From Parcubacteria group bacterium (GTDB lineage Bacteria; Patescibacteriota; Minisyncoccia; UBA6257; UBA11618): a stretch of 64,000 bases of DNA. Shown here one piece after another: positions 16,458 to 26,032 of this stretch. Position 1 is the first letter of the stretch. Each line of letters begins with the position of its first letter. The stretch lies in the NCBI GenBank assembly GCA_943357895.1, contig CALRGO010000001.1:36724-100723 (forward strand), read 5' to 3'. A program made the position numbers and the translations under genes. The notes beneath the pieces are model-generated. The model was not told where the DNA came from and did not search any database. It saw only the letters and a list, made by a program, of their open reading frames with translations.

Positions 16458-18761
16458 ATGGAACAGAAAGCTGTATTCACCGTAAAAGGTATGCATTGCG
16501 CCTCGTGCTCGGCAATCATCGAAAAGACGCTCAAAAAAATCGATGGCGTAGCGTCAGCGGAAGTCAGCTATGCCACCGAAACGGCACGAGTATCTTTTGA
16601 TGGAATGAAGACGGATGGCGCCACACTCTCAAAGGCAATCGAACACCTTGGTTATTCGCTTACAAGTCAGCAGACCGAAACGGCAGAGTCTATGGGTATG
16701 TCCGTGGACGAACACGCATCACACACAGGGCTCGGCCAATCGAAACAAGAAAAGCTCGCGGAACTTACAGGCATGAGGCGCATGGTTATTGCGTCTATTC
16801 CACTCACCCTCTTTAGTATTTTCGTCATGGGGTGGGACGCACTCGCCGCATTCGGCCTTGTCGCCCCGCCCACGGAAATCACGAAAGAGCTTTTTCACCA
16901 CCTCTTACCCCTGATGGCGACCTACATGCTCTTCGTCGTCGGTACGCCCTACCTTTTAGGCGTGTGGCGCTTCATGCGCTACGGGGCGGCGAACATGGAT
17001 ACGCTTATCGGCATCGGCACGTCCGTCGCGTACTTCTACAGCTTTATTATCTCTGCATTCGAAGAGCCACTTAAAGGCCTTATCGATACGGACCATACCT
17101 ACTACGACGTCACCATCGTCGTCATCGCGTTCATAACTCTTGGCAAATATCTCGAAGCACGCGCGAAATTAAAAACCGGCGCAGCACTCGAAAAATTACT
17201 TAACCTCCAAGCAAAAACCGCGCTCGTAATCCGCAACGGCAAAGAAATGGAACTACCCGTAGGCGAAGTCGTCCATGGCGACATGATAATCGTAAAACCA
17301 GGAGCGCGTATTCCTGTAGACGGTACGGTTACGGAAGGGGCTTCATTCGTAGACGAATCCATGGTGACCGGCGAACCAATGCCCGTAAAAAAGAAAATGG
17401 GCAACGCGGTCGTTGCCGGCACTATTAACACCACCGGGTCATTTATATTCACAGCAACGAAAGTCGGCAAGGAAACCCTGCTCGCGCGTATCGTCCAAAT
17501 GGTACAAGAGGCGCAAGGGAGCCGCGCGCCCATTCAGGCACTTGCGGATAAAATCTCCAGCGTCTTTGTGCCGATAGTCCTCGGCATATCCTTCGTATCG
17601 CTCGCCGCATGGATAATTATCGGGACGCCCATACTCGGCGCAGCGCTCGCACTTTCGTACGGCCTCGCATCGTTTGTTGGTGTTCTCGTTATTGCCTGCC
17701 CCTGTGCCTTAGGGCTCGCAACGCCAACCGCGATAATCGTGGGTGTGGGTAAGGGCGCCGAAGAAGGCATCTTAATAAAAGACGCGGCGACGCTCGAGAT
17801 GCTCCACAAGGCAAACACCGTCGTCATGGATAAGACCGGCACCATCACGAAAGGCAAGCCAGAGCTCACGGATATCCGCACCTACGGGAACGTTGAAAAA
17901 AATGAATTAATCGCTATCCTCGCATCGCTCGAAGCGAAGTCCGAACACCCGATAGCCCACGCCATAACGGAATACGCGAAAACGAACGGTATCCAGCTAC
18001 GAGACGTTACGAATTTCGAAGCCTTAAAAGGCAAAGGACTTACGGGAAGTAGTAATGGCACGCGCTACTTTGCCGGCAATACCGCTCTCATGAACGAGCT
18101 GGCAATTTCTTTCGACGTGAGCCATATCGAAACGGAAACACAAAAAGGATCAACGCCACTACTACTCGCAAACGAAAAAGAGGTACTCGCAATTATAATG
18201 ATTGCGGATAGCGTAAAAGCAGAAGCAGTTGAGGCAGTGCAGAGCCTCCACGAGATGGGCATAAAAACCATCATGCTTACCGGCGATAACAAAAATACTG
18301 CCGCGGCGATCGCACGCGCGGTCGGCATAGACGAAGTAATTGCCGAAGTCCTTCCGGATGAAAAACTTAAAAAAATAAAAGAGTTGCAAAATGCAGGGCG
18401 CGTTGTCGCAATGGTAGGGGACGGCGTAAACGACGCACCAGCGCTCGCGCAGGCGAACGTCGGCATCGCCATGGGAACGGGCACGGACGTGGCAATCGAG
18501 ACGGCCGGCATCACCCTCCTGCATGGTGATATCAGCAAACTCGTAAAGGCAATTAGTCTTTCGCGGCTCACGATGCGCGGTATCCGCCAAAATCTTTTTT
18601 GGGCGTTCGCGTACAACGTAGTAGGTATTCCGCTTGCCGCGGGCGCCTTGTACCCCGCTTTCGGGTTAACGCTCTCACCGGTATTCGCTGGCGCGGCCAT
18701 GGCGCTTTCCTCCGTCTCTGTGGTCGCTAACTCACTTCGATTAAAAGCCAAAAAAATATAA
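16458..18761 (+). CDS. copA: copper-translocating P1B-type ATPase
   Basis: N-terminal HMA GMHCASC, CPC motif, DKTGT phosphorylation site and GDGVNDAP hinge. Confidence 0.9.
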   Translation: MEQKAVFTVKGMHCASCSAIIEKTLKKIDGVASAEVSYATETARVSFDGMKTDGATLSKAIEHLGYSLTSQQTETAESMGMSVDEHASHTGLGQSKQEKLAELTGMRRMVIASIPLTLFSIFVMGWDALAAFGLVAPPTEITKELFHHLLPLMATYMLFVVGTPYLLGVWRFMRYGAANMDTLIGIGTSVAYFYSFIISAFEEPLKGLIDTDHTYYDVTIVVIAFITLGKYLEARAKLKTGAALEKLLNLQAKTALVIRNGKEMELPVGEVVHGDMIIVKPGARIPVDGTVTEGASFVDESMVTGEPMPVKKKMGNAVVAGTINTTGSFIFTATKVGKETLLARIVQMVQEAQGSRAPIQALADKISSVFVPIVLGISFVSLAAWIIIGTPILGAALALSYGLASFVGVLVIACPCALGLATPTAIIVGVGKGAEEGILIKDAATLEMLHKANTVVMDKTGTITKGKPELTDIRTYGNVEKNELIAILASLEAKSEHPIAHAITEYAKTNGIQLRDVTNFEALKGKGLTGSSNGTRYFAGNTALMNELAISFDVSHIETETQKGSTPLLLANEKEVLAIIMIADSVKAEAVEAVQSLHEMGIKTIMLTGDNKNTAAAIARAVGIDEVIAEVLPDEKLKKIKELQNAGRVVAMVGDGVNDAPALAQANVGIAMGTGTDVAIETAGITLLHGDISKLVKAISLSRLTMRGIRQNLFWAFAYNVVGIPLAAGALYPAFGLTLSPVFAGAAMALSSVSVVANSLRLKAKKI

Positions 18762-18765
18762 ACCC

Positions 18766-19785
18766 ATGAAAACATACCTATTCCATATAAGCGGTATGCA
18801 CTGCGCCTCGTGCGTTCTTGTAACCGAAAGCGAACTCACGGGCGTACGGGGGATACTAAAAGCACGGGCATCACTCGCCACGCACACCCTCGAAGTTACG
18901 GGTGACTTTGGGGATGCAAAACCCACAGAGCTCGCGCACGAACTTACCACCATGCTCGCGCCCCACGGCTATTCAGTTTCGATAGAACGGCAAAAGCACG
19001 GTGCGCGGTGGCACGACTTTATAATTGCCGCACCCGCCGCCGGCGCCTTTATCGCGCTCTTCATCGTTCTCCAAAAGCTCGGTATCGTGAACCTCGTGAC
19101 GGCGACACAGGTAACATACGGCACGGCGTTCGCAATTGGACTTACTGCATCCGTCTCCACCTGCATGGCGGTCGTGGGCGGGCTCACGCTTTCTATCAGC
19201 GCCAACTTCGCGAAGGCGGGGGACCGTATCCGGCCACAAATTCTCTTCCACACGGCACGCCTTATTTCATTCTTCGTCTTAGGCGGCATAATCGGCACGC
19301 TCGGTGCAACGTTCCAAATGGGCGCAACCGGCGCATTCGCCATGGGAATCGCCATCGCAATCGTTTTATTAATTCTCGGTATCAATCTGCTCGATATCTT
19401 CCCGTGGATAAAAAAATTTCAACTTGTCACGCCACGTTTTATAAGTAGGCGCGCCCATGCCTTGAAAGACATTAATCACTCATTAACACCCGCACTCCTC
19501 GGCGTCGTCACGTTTTTCTTACCCTGCGGGTTCACGCAATCGATGCAACTCTATTCGCTCACAACCGGCAGCTTTTCTACGGGCTCACTCACCATGCTAT
19601 CGTTCGCCCTCGGCACGCTACCCGTGCTCGCACTTCTCTCTTTTAGCGCACTTGGACTACACACAAAAGCGCAATCGGGAATATTCTTTAAAACTGCGGG
19701 GCTTGTTGTTATATTCTTCGCCATCTTCAACCTAGTAACCGCCCTCGTTGCATTCGGCGTAATTCCGCCTATTCTTATTATATGA
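18766..19785 (+). CDS. HMA-domain fused polytopic permease (TauE/SafE- or CcdA-like)
   Basis: N-terminal GMHCASC HMA domain followed by ~8 TM helices with Gly-rich motifs. Permease family uncertain. Confidence 0.45.
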   Translation: MKTYLFHISGMHCASCVLVTESELTGVRGILKARASLATHTLEVTGDFGDAKPTELAHELTTMLAPHGYSVSIERQKHGARWHDFIIAAPAAGAFIALFIVLQKLGIVNLVTATQVTYGTAFAIGLTASVSTCMAVVGGLTLSISANFAKAGDRIRPQILFHTARLISFFVLGGIIGTLGATFQMGATGAFAMGIAIAIVLLILGINLLDIFPWIKKFQLVTPRFISRRAHALKDINHSLTPALLGVVTFFLPCGFTQSMQLYSLTTGSFSTGSLTMLSFALGTLPVLALLSFSALGLHTKAQSGIFFKTAGLVVIFFAIFNLVTALVAFGVIPPILII

Positions 19786-20174
19786 AAACCATTCTCCTTT
19801 CTATCGGCATCGCTATTGTCCTTATCGTAGGTACCATTCTTTTCGCACGCAGGGCAATTAATCCAAACGACCTTTTAGCGGGATTAAATAATGTAAGCGT
19901 CGTAGACGGCACACAAATAATCGAAATCAGCGCGAAGGGCGGTTACGCACCACAAACGACACGAGCCAAAGCCGGCGTGCCAACAATCATCCGCGTGAGC
20001 ACTAAAGGCACGTTCGACTGCTCGTCGTCACTTGTAATCCCTGCTATCGGCTACCGCGGGAGCCTCCCAATGACGGGTACAATAGACATTCCCGTACCGC
20101 CACAAACCGCAGGAGCGGAACTCCAAGGCCTCTGCGGTATGGGCATGTATAATTTCACGATTCAATTCAACTAG
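19782..20174 (+). CDS. signal-anchored cupredoxin-like domain protein (copper operon accessory)
   Basis: N-terminal TM, then a beta-rich domain with the conserved FDCSSSLVIP motif resembling Cupredoxin_1 proteins often found next to copA. Confidence 0.4.
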   Translation: MKTILLSIGIAIVLIVGTILFARRAINPNDLLAGLNNVSVVDGTQIIEISAKGGYAPQTTRAKAGVPTIIRVSTKGTFDCSSSLVIPAIGYRGSLPMTGTIDIPVPPQTAGAELQGLCGMGMYNFTIQFN

Positions 20175-20175
20175 A

Positions 20176-21027
20176 GTGTCAATTTACTACACCGCCCGTC
20201 GCACGAAAAATCTATACGAACCGAATTCGCACGAAGCGTTTAAGTTATCGCGCTCAAAGATAGATTTATTCATGCAGTGCCCGCGGTGCTTCTACCTTGA
20301 TAGGCGTATCGGCATTGGCCGCCCCCCGGGATTTCCGTTCGCGCTCAACTCCGCCGTGGACCACCTACTCAAAAAAGAGTTCGATATTCATCGTGCAGCG
20401 GGTAATAAGCATCCACTTATGGAAAAGTACGGAATCGATGCTGTGCCAGCGAAGCACGATAAGCTCGACGAGTGGCGCCATAACTTCACGGGCGTCGGCA
20501 CGCTTCACGCACCGACGAATTTTTACGTCTTCGGCGCGATAGACGATTTATGGCTTAATGCCGCAGGGGAGTACATGGTCGTCGACTATAAGGCGACGGC
20601 GAAAGAAGAAGAAATCAACGCATTGGATAAAGATTGGCACGACGGCTACAAGCGCCAAATGGAAATATACCAATGGCTCCTGCGCCAGAACGGATTCACG
20701 GTATCAAGTACTGGCTACTTTGTGTACTGTAACGGGAAGACCGATAGAAAGGCCTTCGACGGCAAACTCGACTTCGACATAACGCTCATCACCTACACGG
20801 GAAATTCCGAATGGGTTGATAAGGCGCTCATAGACGCCAAAGCCTGCCTCGACCACAACGAAATCCCAAAACAAAATGCTGCGTGTGATTACTGCGATTA
20901 TGTCGCGGCAGTGCAATCAAGCACTAAGTCGCCCACAGACGCCGTCTCGCGCGTAACTGTAAACGAGTCACCATACTGGCCCACCCCCACCCCAAAAAAG
21001 AAAATCACCCCCCCGACCCTATTTTAA
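20176..21027 (+). CDS. PD-(D/E)XK nuclease, Cas4/RecB-like with four-Cys cluster
   Basis: GTG start. N-terminal CPRCF plus C-terminal C...CDYCDY cysteines, and a D...VDYK nuclease core. Last gene of the cop operon. Confidence 0.5.
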   Translation: MSIYYTARRTKNLYEPNSHEAFKLSRSKIDLFMQCPRCFYLDRRIGIGRPPGFPFALNSAVDHLLKKEFDIHRAAGNKHPLMEKYGIDAVPAKHDKLDEWRHNFTGVGTLHAPTNFYVFGAIDDLWLNAAGEYMVVDYKATAKEEEINALDKDWHDGYKRQMEIYQWLLRQNGFTVSSTGYFVYCNGKTDRKAFDGKLDFDITLITYTGNSEWVDKALIDAKACLDHNEIPKQNAACDYCDYVAAVQSSTKSPTDAVSRVTVNESPYWPTPTPKKKITPPTLF

Positions 21028-21143
21028 AAACTTTACCATCCTAATTCTCTTCCTCGTCTAGAGTTAACCTTGTCAATTTTTAAAAACTCTGCTATTATAT
21101 AGGGGTCTTAGTCGTAAAAGGTACATATAATTAACCAACACTT

Positions 21144-22238
21144 ATGCCGCATATCGTAAAAGCCAATTCGCCGCTCACGGCCCTTTTCAAGGAACCGGGG
21201 GCATTTGCACCCTTGAAAAACGGGGAACTTATCAACGTCGTCTATATCGGCAAGACCCAGCACGCGCACTTCTTTGACCTCGGCCGCGCGGGCACGGGTA
21301 TCGTGTACGGCTTGGAGCTGATGAACGCGTACGACGTTATCAAGGTCATAAAGCCAGGCGACACTATCCTCGCAAAGATCGTGGACGCCGAAAACGAAGA
21401 GGGGTATGCCGAGCTTTCAATCAACGAAACATCCAAGCATAAGGCATGGCAGGAGATCCAAGACATGCAGGACACTGGAACGCCGGTTAAGCTTATGATC
21501 ACAAGCGCAAATACCGGCGGCCTCGTCGGCATGATGCACGACATCAAGGCGTTCTTGCCAGTCTCACAACTCACGCCAGATCACTATCCGCGCGTGACGG
21601 ATGGCGACCGCCTAAAGATTTTGGACGAGCTTAAGAAATTTGTGGGGCAGGAAATTACCGTCAAGGTTATCGACTTCAGCGCCCGTACCGGCAAGCTCAT
21701 TGTCTCCGAGCGCGGCGTGCTCGACGAAAACATGAAGGAGCAGCTCGATAAGTATAAAGCGGGTGAGACGGTCAAGGTAGTCGTCTCGGGTGTCGCGGAC
21801 TTCGGCGTATTCGTTAAGTTCGAGGACAATATGAACGTCGAGGGCCTAATCCACATCTCGGAGCTCGACCACCGCCTCATCGAAGACCCACGCGAAGCGG
21901 TTGCGACGGGCGACGTGCTTTCGGCGCAGATTGTGGAGATTAAGGACGGCCGCGTATCCCTTTCACTCAAGGCACTTAAAGCCAACCCATGGGACACCGT
22001 AGAAGAAAAATATAAGGAAGGGCAAGAAGTGCAGGGGACGGTACACCGCTTCAACCAGCTGGGCGCGGTTGTAAAGATCGATGCCGACTTCCAAGGACTC
22101 ATCCGCGCAATCGACTTCGGCGGAACGGACGAAATGGAAAAGGCGGTGACCGTAGGCCAAAGCGGCACCTTTATCATTGAAGCAATCAAGCCCGCAGAAA
22201 AACGCATCATGCTTACAATGCCGGAATTAAAAAAATAA
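21144..22238 (+). CDS. rpsA: 30S ribosomal protein S1 (short, 4 S1-domain form)
   Basis: Repeated S1 OB-fold motifs (GxV.GxVxxIxxFGxFV...). Confidence 0.75.
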   Translation: MPHIVKANSPLTALFKEPGAFAPLKNGELINVVYIGKTQHAHFFDLGRAGTGIVYGLELMNAYDVIKVIKPGDTILAKIVDAENEEGYAELSINETSKHKAWQEIQDMQDTGTPVKLMITSANTGGLVGMMHDIKAFLPVSQLTPDHYPRVTDGDRLKILDELKKFVGQEITVKVIDFSARTGKLIVSERGVLDENMKEQLDKYKAGETVKVVVSGVADFGVFVKFEDNMNVEGLIHISELDHRLIEDPREAVATGDVLSAQIVEIKDGRVSLSLKALKANPWDTVEEKYKEGQEVQGTVHRFNQLGAVVKIDADFQGLIRAIDFGGTDEMEKAVTVGQSGTFIIEAIKPAEKRIMLTMPELKK

Positions 22239-22245
22239 CAAACAT

Positions 22246-22473
22246 ATGCTTACAGTCAGACAGAAAAAAACCGTAGTAAACACGACAAAGAAGCACGAAA
22301 CGGACACCGGCTCGACCAAAGTCCAGATAGCGCTTCTTACGAAACAGATCGAAGAACTTACATCGCACTTAAAAAAGCACGCGAAGGATCACCACTCGCG
22401 CCGCGGCCTCTTACAGATGGTCGGCAAACGCCGCCGCCTTATAAAGTACGCAGCACGCCATGACGCGCAATAA
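22246..22473 (+). CDS. rpsO: 30S ribosomal protein S15
   Basis: [13 protein letters not shown]...[16 protein letters not shown]. Confidence 0.9.
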   Translation: MLTVRQKKTVVNTTKKHETDTGSTKVQIALLTKQIEELTSHLKKHAKDHHSRRGLLQMVGKRRRLIKYAARHDAQ

Positions 22474-23074
22474 AGAACACCGCGTCGGTATTTTTATAGA
22501 CGTACAGAACCTGTACCACTCCGCTAAGAACCTCTTCCAGTCTCGCGTTAACTACAAAGAACTCGTAAAGGAGGTAACGGCTGGCCGTAAGCTCATCCGC
22601 GTAATCGGCTACGTGGTGAAAACAGAAACCACCGAAGGGGAGGCAGCATTTTTCGACGCGCTTATAAAGGCGGGTGTAGAGCTTCGCGTAAAAGATATTC
22701 AGATATTTCAAGGCGGCGCAAAGAAAGCGGACTGGGATGTTGGCATGGCAGTAGACGCTATCCGCATGGCGGATTCGTTCGACGCTATTGTACTCGTGAC
22801 AGGCGACGGCGATTTTTGCCCGCTCGTAGAGTACTTGAAGTGGGGATTGGGAAAGACAGTAGAAGTAGCGGCGTTCTCGCGCAGCACCTCAAGTAAACTT
22901 AAAGAAGTAGCAGACACATTCGTGACACTCGACGAATTCCCCGCGGTACTACTTGGCGCTGGCCGCGTGCGCCGCACAACAGCACGCACGTCCGCAAAGC
23001 GTGCAGGTACGCCGATGCCGGAAGCGCCTACTACGCCCACCTCGCCCGAAGACCGCGAAACCTACGGAGAATAA
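22460..23074 (+). CDS. NYN-domain (LabA/DUF88-like, PIN-related) protein
   Basis: [10 protein letters not shown]...[10 protein letters not shown] motifs. Overlaps the rpsO stop by 14 nt and lies between rpsO and pnp. Confidence 0.65.
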   Translation: MTRNKEHRVGIFIDVQNLYHSAKNLFQSRVNYKELVKEVTAGRKLIRVIGYVVKTETTEGEAAFFDALIKAGVELRVKDIQIFQGGAKKADWDVGMAVDAIRMADSFDAIVLVTGDGDFCPLVEYLKWGLGKTVEVAAFSRSTSSKLKEVADTFVTLDEFPAVLLGAGRVRRTTARTSAKRAGTPMPEAPTTPTSPEDRETYGE

Positions 23075-23092
23075 TATTTACATAAAAATCAT

Positions 23093-25147
23093 ATGGATCT
23101 GAACCGGAAAAAATTCGAAACAGAAGTTGACGGGAAAAAACTCGCCATCGAAACCTCGCGCCTCGCCGAGCAGGCGAACGCGGCGGTAATCGGCACATGG
23201 GGCGGCACCACCGTGCTCGCAACGGCGGTAATGACGGGCGTTGACTCGCCGCGCGACTACTTGCCGCTCTCCGTAGAATTCGAGGAGCGTTTTTACGCTG
23301 CGGGTAAAATACTCGGCGGCCGCTACATGCGCCGCGAGGGGAGAGCGAGCGAGAACGCAATTCTTTCCGCCCGCATTATCGACCGCACGATACGCCCGCT
23401 TTTCGACCAGCGCGTACGCCGCGACATACAGATAGTTATCACCGTACTTTCGTACGAAGAGGATTCCAGCCCCGTAACGCTCGGACTCGTAGCCGCCTCC
23501 GCGGCGCTCGCCATGTCTGACATTCCGTGGAACGGGCCGGTTGCGGGCGTTTCGATACGCAAAGACAACTGGACGGCATTCGTTGCCGGTACCGCGGATA
23601 AGATAAACATGATCGAGCTCGAAGGGCTCGACGTACCCGAAGCAGAAATCGTCGGTGACTTCACTGCCGCGATGGCGGAGATCAAGAAGCTCGTCGAATT
23701 CCAAAAAACGATCGTAGCCCAAATCGGTAAGCCAAAGGCGGAGGTAATGTTAAAAACTCCGTCACCGGAACTCGTAGCAAAAGTACGCGGTTTTCTTGCA
23801 GATAAGTTAGAACCTGCAATGTACGTAGTCTCCAAAATAGACCGCGTGGCGAACGTGTCGCATATCCAAAAAGACCTGATGGCGTTTTTGAAAGAAAACG
23901 AGACGACGCAAAGCGACTTAGATGACGCGGGTCGCGTATTCGAAGACTATGTAGACGAAATCGTGCATAAAAATATTTGTAGTGCTAAAGACGGCGAAGA
24001 AAAGCGCCCCGACCACCGCAAGTTGGGCGATGTACGCGACCTGCACGCCGAAGTAGGCGTCTTAGAGCGTATTCACGGCTCGGCATTATTCATCCGCGGC
24101 AACACGCAGGCGCTCGCAACCGTAACACTCGCCCCGCCGGACACAAACCAGCTCGTCGAAAATATCTTCTTCACGGGCGAAAAGAATTTCATGCTCCATT
24201 ACAACTTCCCGCCGTACTGCACGGGGGAGACGGGGAGCTTCCGCGGGCCGGGCAGGCGCGAAATCGGCCACGGCAGTTTGGCGGAAAAGGCTTTGGCGCG
24301 CTTAATCCCTACGCAAGACGAATTCCCGTACACCGTGCGTATCGTTTCCGAAATTTTATCTTCTAACGGATCATCCTCTATGGCATCCGTTTGTGGCGGC
24401 TGCTTAGCGCTTATGGACGCGGGCGTGCCGATAAAGAAAATGGCGGCTGGTATCGCCATGGGTATGATGAGCGACGAAAAGAATGGTATTTATAAAATTT
24501 TGACAGACATCCAAGGGCCGGAAGATCACTACGGCGACATGGACTTTAAGGTGGCTGGTACGAAAGACGGCGTAAACGCCGTGCAGATGGACGTTAAGGT
24601 AGATGGCGTAACGCCCGATATTATTAGCCGCACGCTCGAGCAAGCAAAGCGCGCCCGCTTACACATCATGACCGCCATGGAAAAGGCAATCACTACCCCG
24701 CGCGCTGACATTTCGAAATATGCGCCCGTCGTGATGAAAGTCATGATTAACCCCGAACAGATTGGCGACATCATCGGCCCCGGCGGCAAGATCATCAAGG
24801 GCATTATCGAGGCCACGGGGATTATCAACATGGATATCCGCCAGACGGGCGACGTATTCATCTACGCGCACGATAAAGATTCGGCGCTTGCGGCAAAGAA
24901 CTGCGTCGACGACATTGCCCACGAGTATAAGGTGGGGGACATAATCGAAGGCACGGTTGAACGCATCTTGGAATTCGGCGCGATTGTCGAATGGGGCAAC
25001 GGCAGGAGCGGCATGATCCATGTCTCGGAATTAAAGAACGGTTATGTAAAGAGCGTAGAAGAAGTCGTCCACTTGGGCGACGTCGTGCAAGCGAAAATCA
25101 TCCGCCTCGAAGACGGCAAGGTGGGGTTGAGCTTGAAAGGGCTTTAA
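23093..25147 (+). CDS. pnp: polyribonucleotide nucleotidyltransferase (PNPase)
   Basis: Two RNase PH domains plus KH and S1 domains. 684 aa. Confidence 0.95.
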   Translation: MDLNRKKFETEVDGKKLAIETSRLAEQANAAVIGTWGGTTVLATAVMTGVDSPRDYLPLSVEFEERFYAAGKILGGRYMRREGRASENAILSARIIDRTIRPLFDQRVRRDIQIVITVLSYEEDSSPVTLGLVAASAALAMSDIPWNGPVAGVSIRKDNWTAFVAGTADKINMIELEGLDVPEAEIVGDFTAAMAEIKKLVEFQKTIVAQIGKPKAEVMLKTPSPELVAKVRGFLADKLEPAMYVVSKIDRVANVSHIQKDLMAFLKENETTQSDLDDAGRVFEDYVDEIVHKNICSAKDGEEKRPDHRKLGDVRDLHAEVGVLERIHGSALFIRGNTQALATVTLAPPDTNQLVENIFFTGEKNFMLHYNFPPYCTGETGSFRGPGRREIGHGSLAEKALARLIPTQDEFPYTVRIVSEILSSNGSSSMASVCGGCLALMDAGVPIKKMAAGIAMGMMSDEKNGIYKILTDIQGPEDHYGDMDFKVAGTKDGVNAVQMDVKVDGVTPDIISRTLEQAKRARLHIMTAMEKAITTPRADISKYAPVVMKVMINPEQIGDIIGPGGKIIKGIIEATGIINMDIRQTGDVFIYAHDKDSALAAKNCVDDIAHEYKVGDIIEGTVERILEFGAIVEWGNGRSGMIHVSELKNGYVKSVEEVVHLGDVVQAKIIRLEDGKVGLSLKGL

Positions 25148-25149
25148 AG

Positions 25150-25305
25150 CCGGCGCGCACGCGCTTTTCGGAAACAGGGTAACTTTTTTCCTGCGAAAAA
25201 GTTCCCTTCGCTCTCGGCCTGATAAATCCATCTGCGGATGGATTACCCAGAGCTATCAGGCCTCCGAGATGTTCCTTAAAGCACGTCCACGCCGGCTTTT
25301 TTTGC
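25150..25305 (+). ncRNA. highly structured ~150-nt region immediately 3' of pnp, ending in a GC clamp plus T7 (terminator / possible sRNA)
   Basis: Outer pairing GCCGGCG...CGCCGGC followed by ttttttt; internal hairpins GGG-T-AACTTTTTT...AAAAAGTT-CCC and GGCCTGATA[AATCCATC-tgcg-GATGGATT]...TATCAGGCC. Confidence 0.4.
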
Positions 25306-25325
25306 GTGTCATGATTTTTCTAAAA

Positions 25326-25357
25326 AAATATGGCCTTCCGCTGGGGGATGGCCATAT
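25326..25357 (-). terminator. intrinsic terminator for the minus-strand small gene (ATATGGCC...GGCCATAT with T-run on the minus strand)
   Basis: aaaaaaatatggccttccgctgggggatggccatat seen on the plus strand. Confidence 0.55.
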
Positions 25358-25410
25358 GTCAGCTCGCTCTTGTTGCACGGCGAGTTATTCGTGCGTTCTT
25401 TATTATCAGG

Positions 25411-25608
25411 TTAGGGCAATGGTCCGCGATCACCAAGATGATGAACGCGATCAGGTGCTTGCTCGAGAGGATCGAGATCATTCACATAAATCTCTCGAAG
25501 CGTCGGCGGTTTCTGCTCGTCTTTTTTCAATTGACGAAAGATATCGCCTTTCATTTCAAGTGGGGCTAAAATCAGCCCAAGAAGACTACCGCGTTGTTCC
25601 GGGGTCAT
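25411..25608 (-). CDS. small hypothetical protein (65 aa)
   Basis: Perfect SD AAGGAG 6 nt upstream of ATG on the minus strand, coding-like composition and its own terminator. Favoured over the overlapping plus-strand ORF 25269-25631. Confidence 0.5.
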   Translation of the reverse strand: MTPEQRGSLLGLILAPLEMKGDIFRQLKKDEQKPPTLREIYVNDLDPLEQAPDRVHHLGDRGPLP

Positions 25609-25737
25609 GCATCACTCCTTACCCTCATTAACCCGTGGGAGCGGGTCGGCAATTAAGCCGAAAGATATTGGAAGAACTATCTCTATTGCACGATATTATA
25701 ATACCACCTTAACTATATAAATGTCAAGTATAGCGCT

Positions 25738-25766
25738 AAAAAGCCTCGTAAATATAGGCTTTTTGC
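25738..25766. terminator. bidirectional terminator hairpin (AAAAAGCCT-cgtaaatat-AGGCTTTTT)
   Basis: Seen directly. Confidence 0.55.
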
Positions 25767-25785
25767 GTTTTCGTGGGCGAGCGGA

Positions 25786-25977
25786 CCCTTCGTGCCAAGG
25801 CAACCTGAGTGGAGGCGGATAGCAAATCCCCGAAGAAGGAGATAAAAGCCGAGGAAAAATTGCTGTCTGAGTTCCGCAGCGCTTGCGCGGAGGGCGAGTT
25901 CGATTTTTCCTGTCGGCTTTTACGACGAGAGAGGTTGGATTTGCATACGCCGTAACGGGTTGCCGCGGCACGAAGGG
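25786..25977. ncRNA. candidate structured RNA, paralog 1 (~190 nt)
   Basis: ~93% identical to the reverse complement of 58579-58769. The terminal 11-bp helix CCCTTCGTGCC/GGCACGAAGGG is replaced in the paralog by CCCGTAGCGCC/GGTGCTACGGG, which is compensatory. There are inner helices GGCAACC/GGTTGCC and TAAAAGCCGAGGAAAAA/TTTTTCCTGTCGGCTTTTA. No conserved ORF. Confidence 0.5.
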
Positions 25978-26032
25978 TTTGTGAGCAATTTAGTTATCCA
26001 CAGGAGGCTATAATGCTATACTTTTAAAAACT

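Noticed and set aside
16667-18775. Multiple 100-240-aa minus-strand ORFs inside copA
   Set aside because: They are antisense to a clearly intact P-type ATPase and have low-complexity translations typical of GC-rich antisense frames.
25786-25977. Protein-coding interpretation of the paralogous elements (91-aa minus ORF 25696-25971; 69-aa ORF 58537-58746)
   Set aside because: The ORFs fall on non-equivalent strands and frames in the two copies, and the nucleotide changes are compensatory for RNA pairing rather than synonymous.
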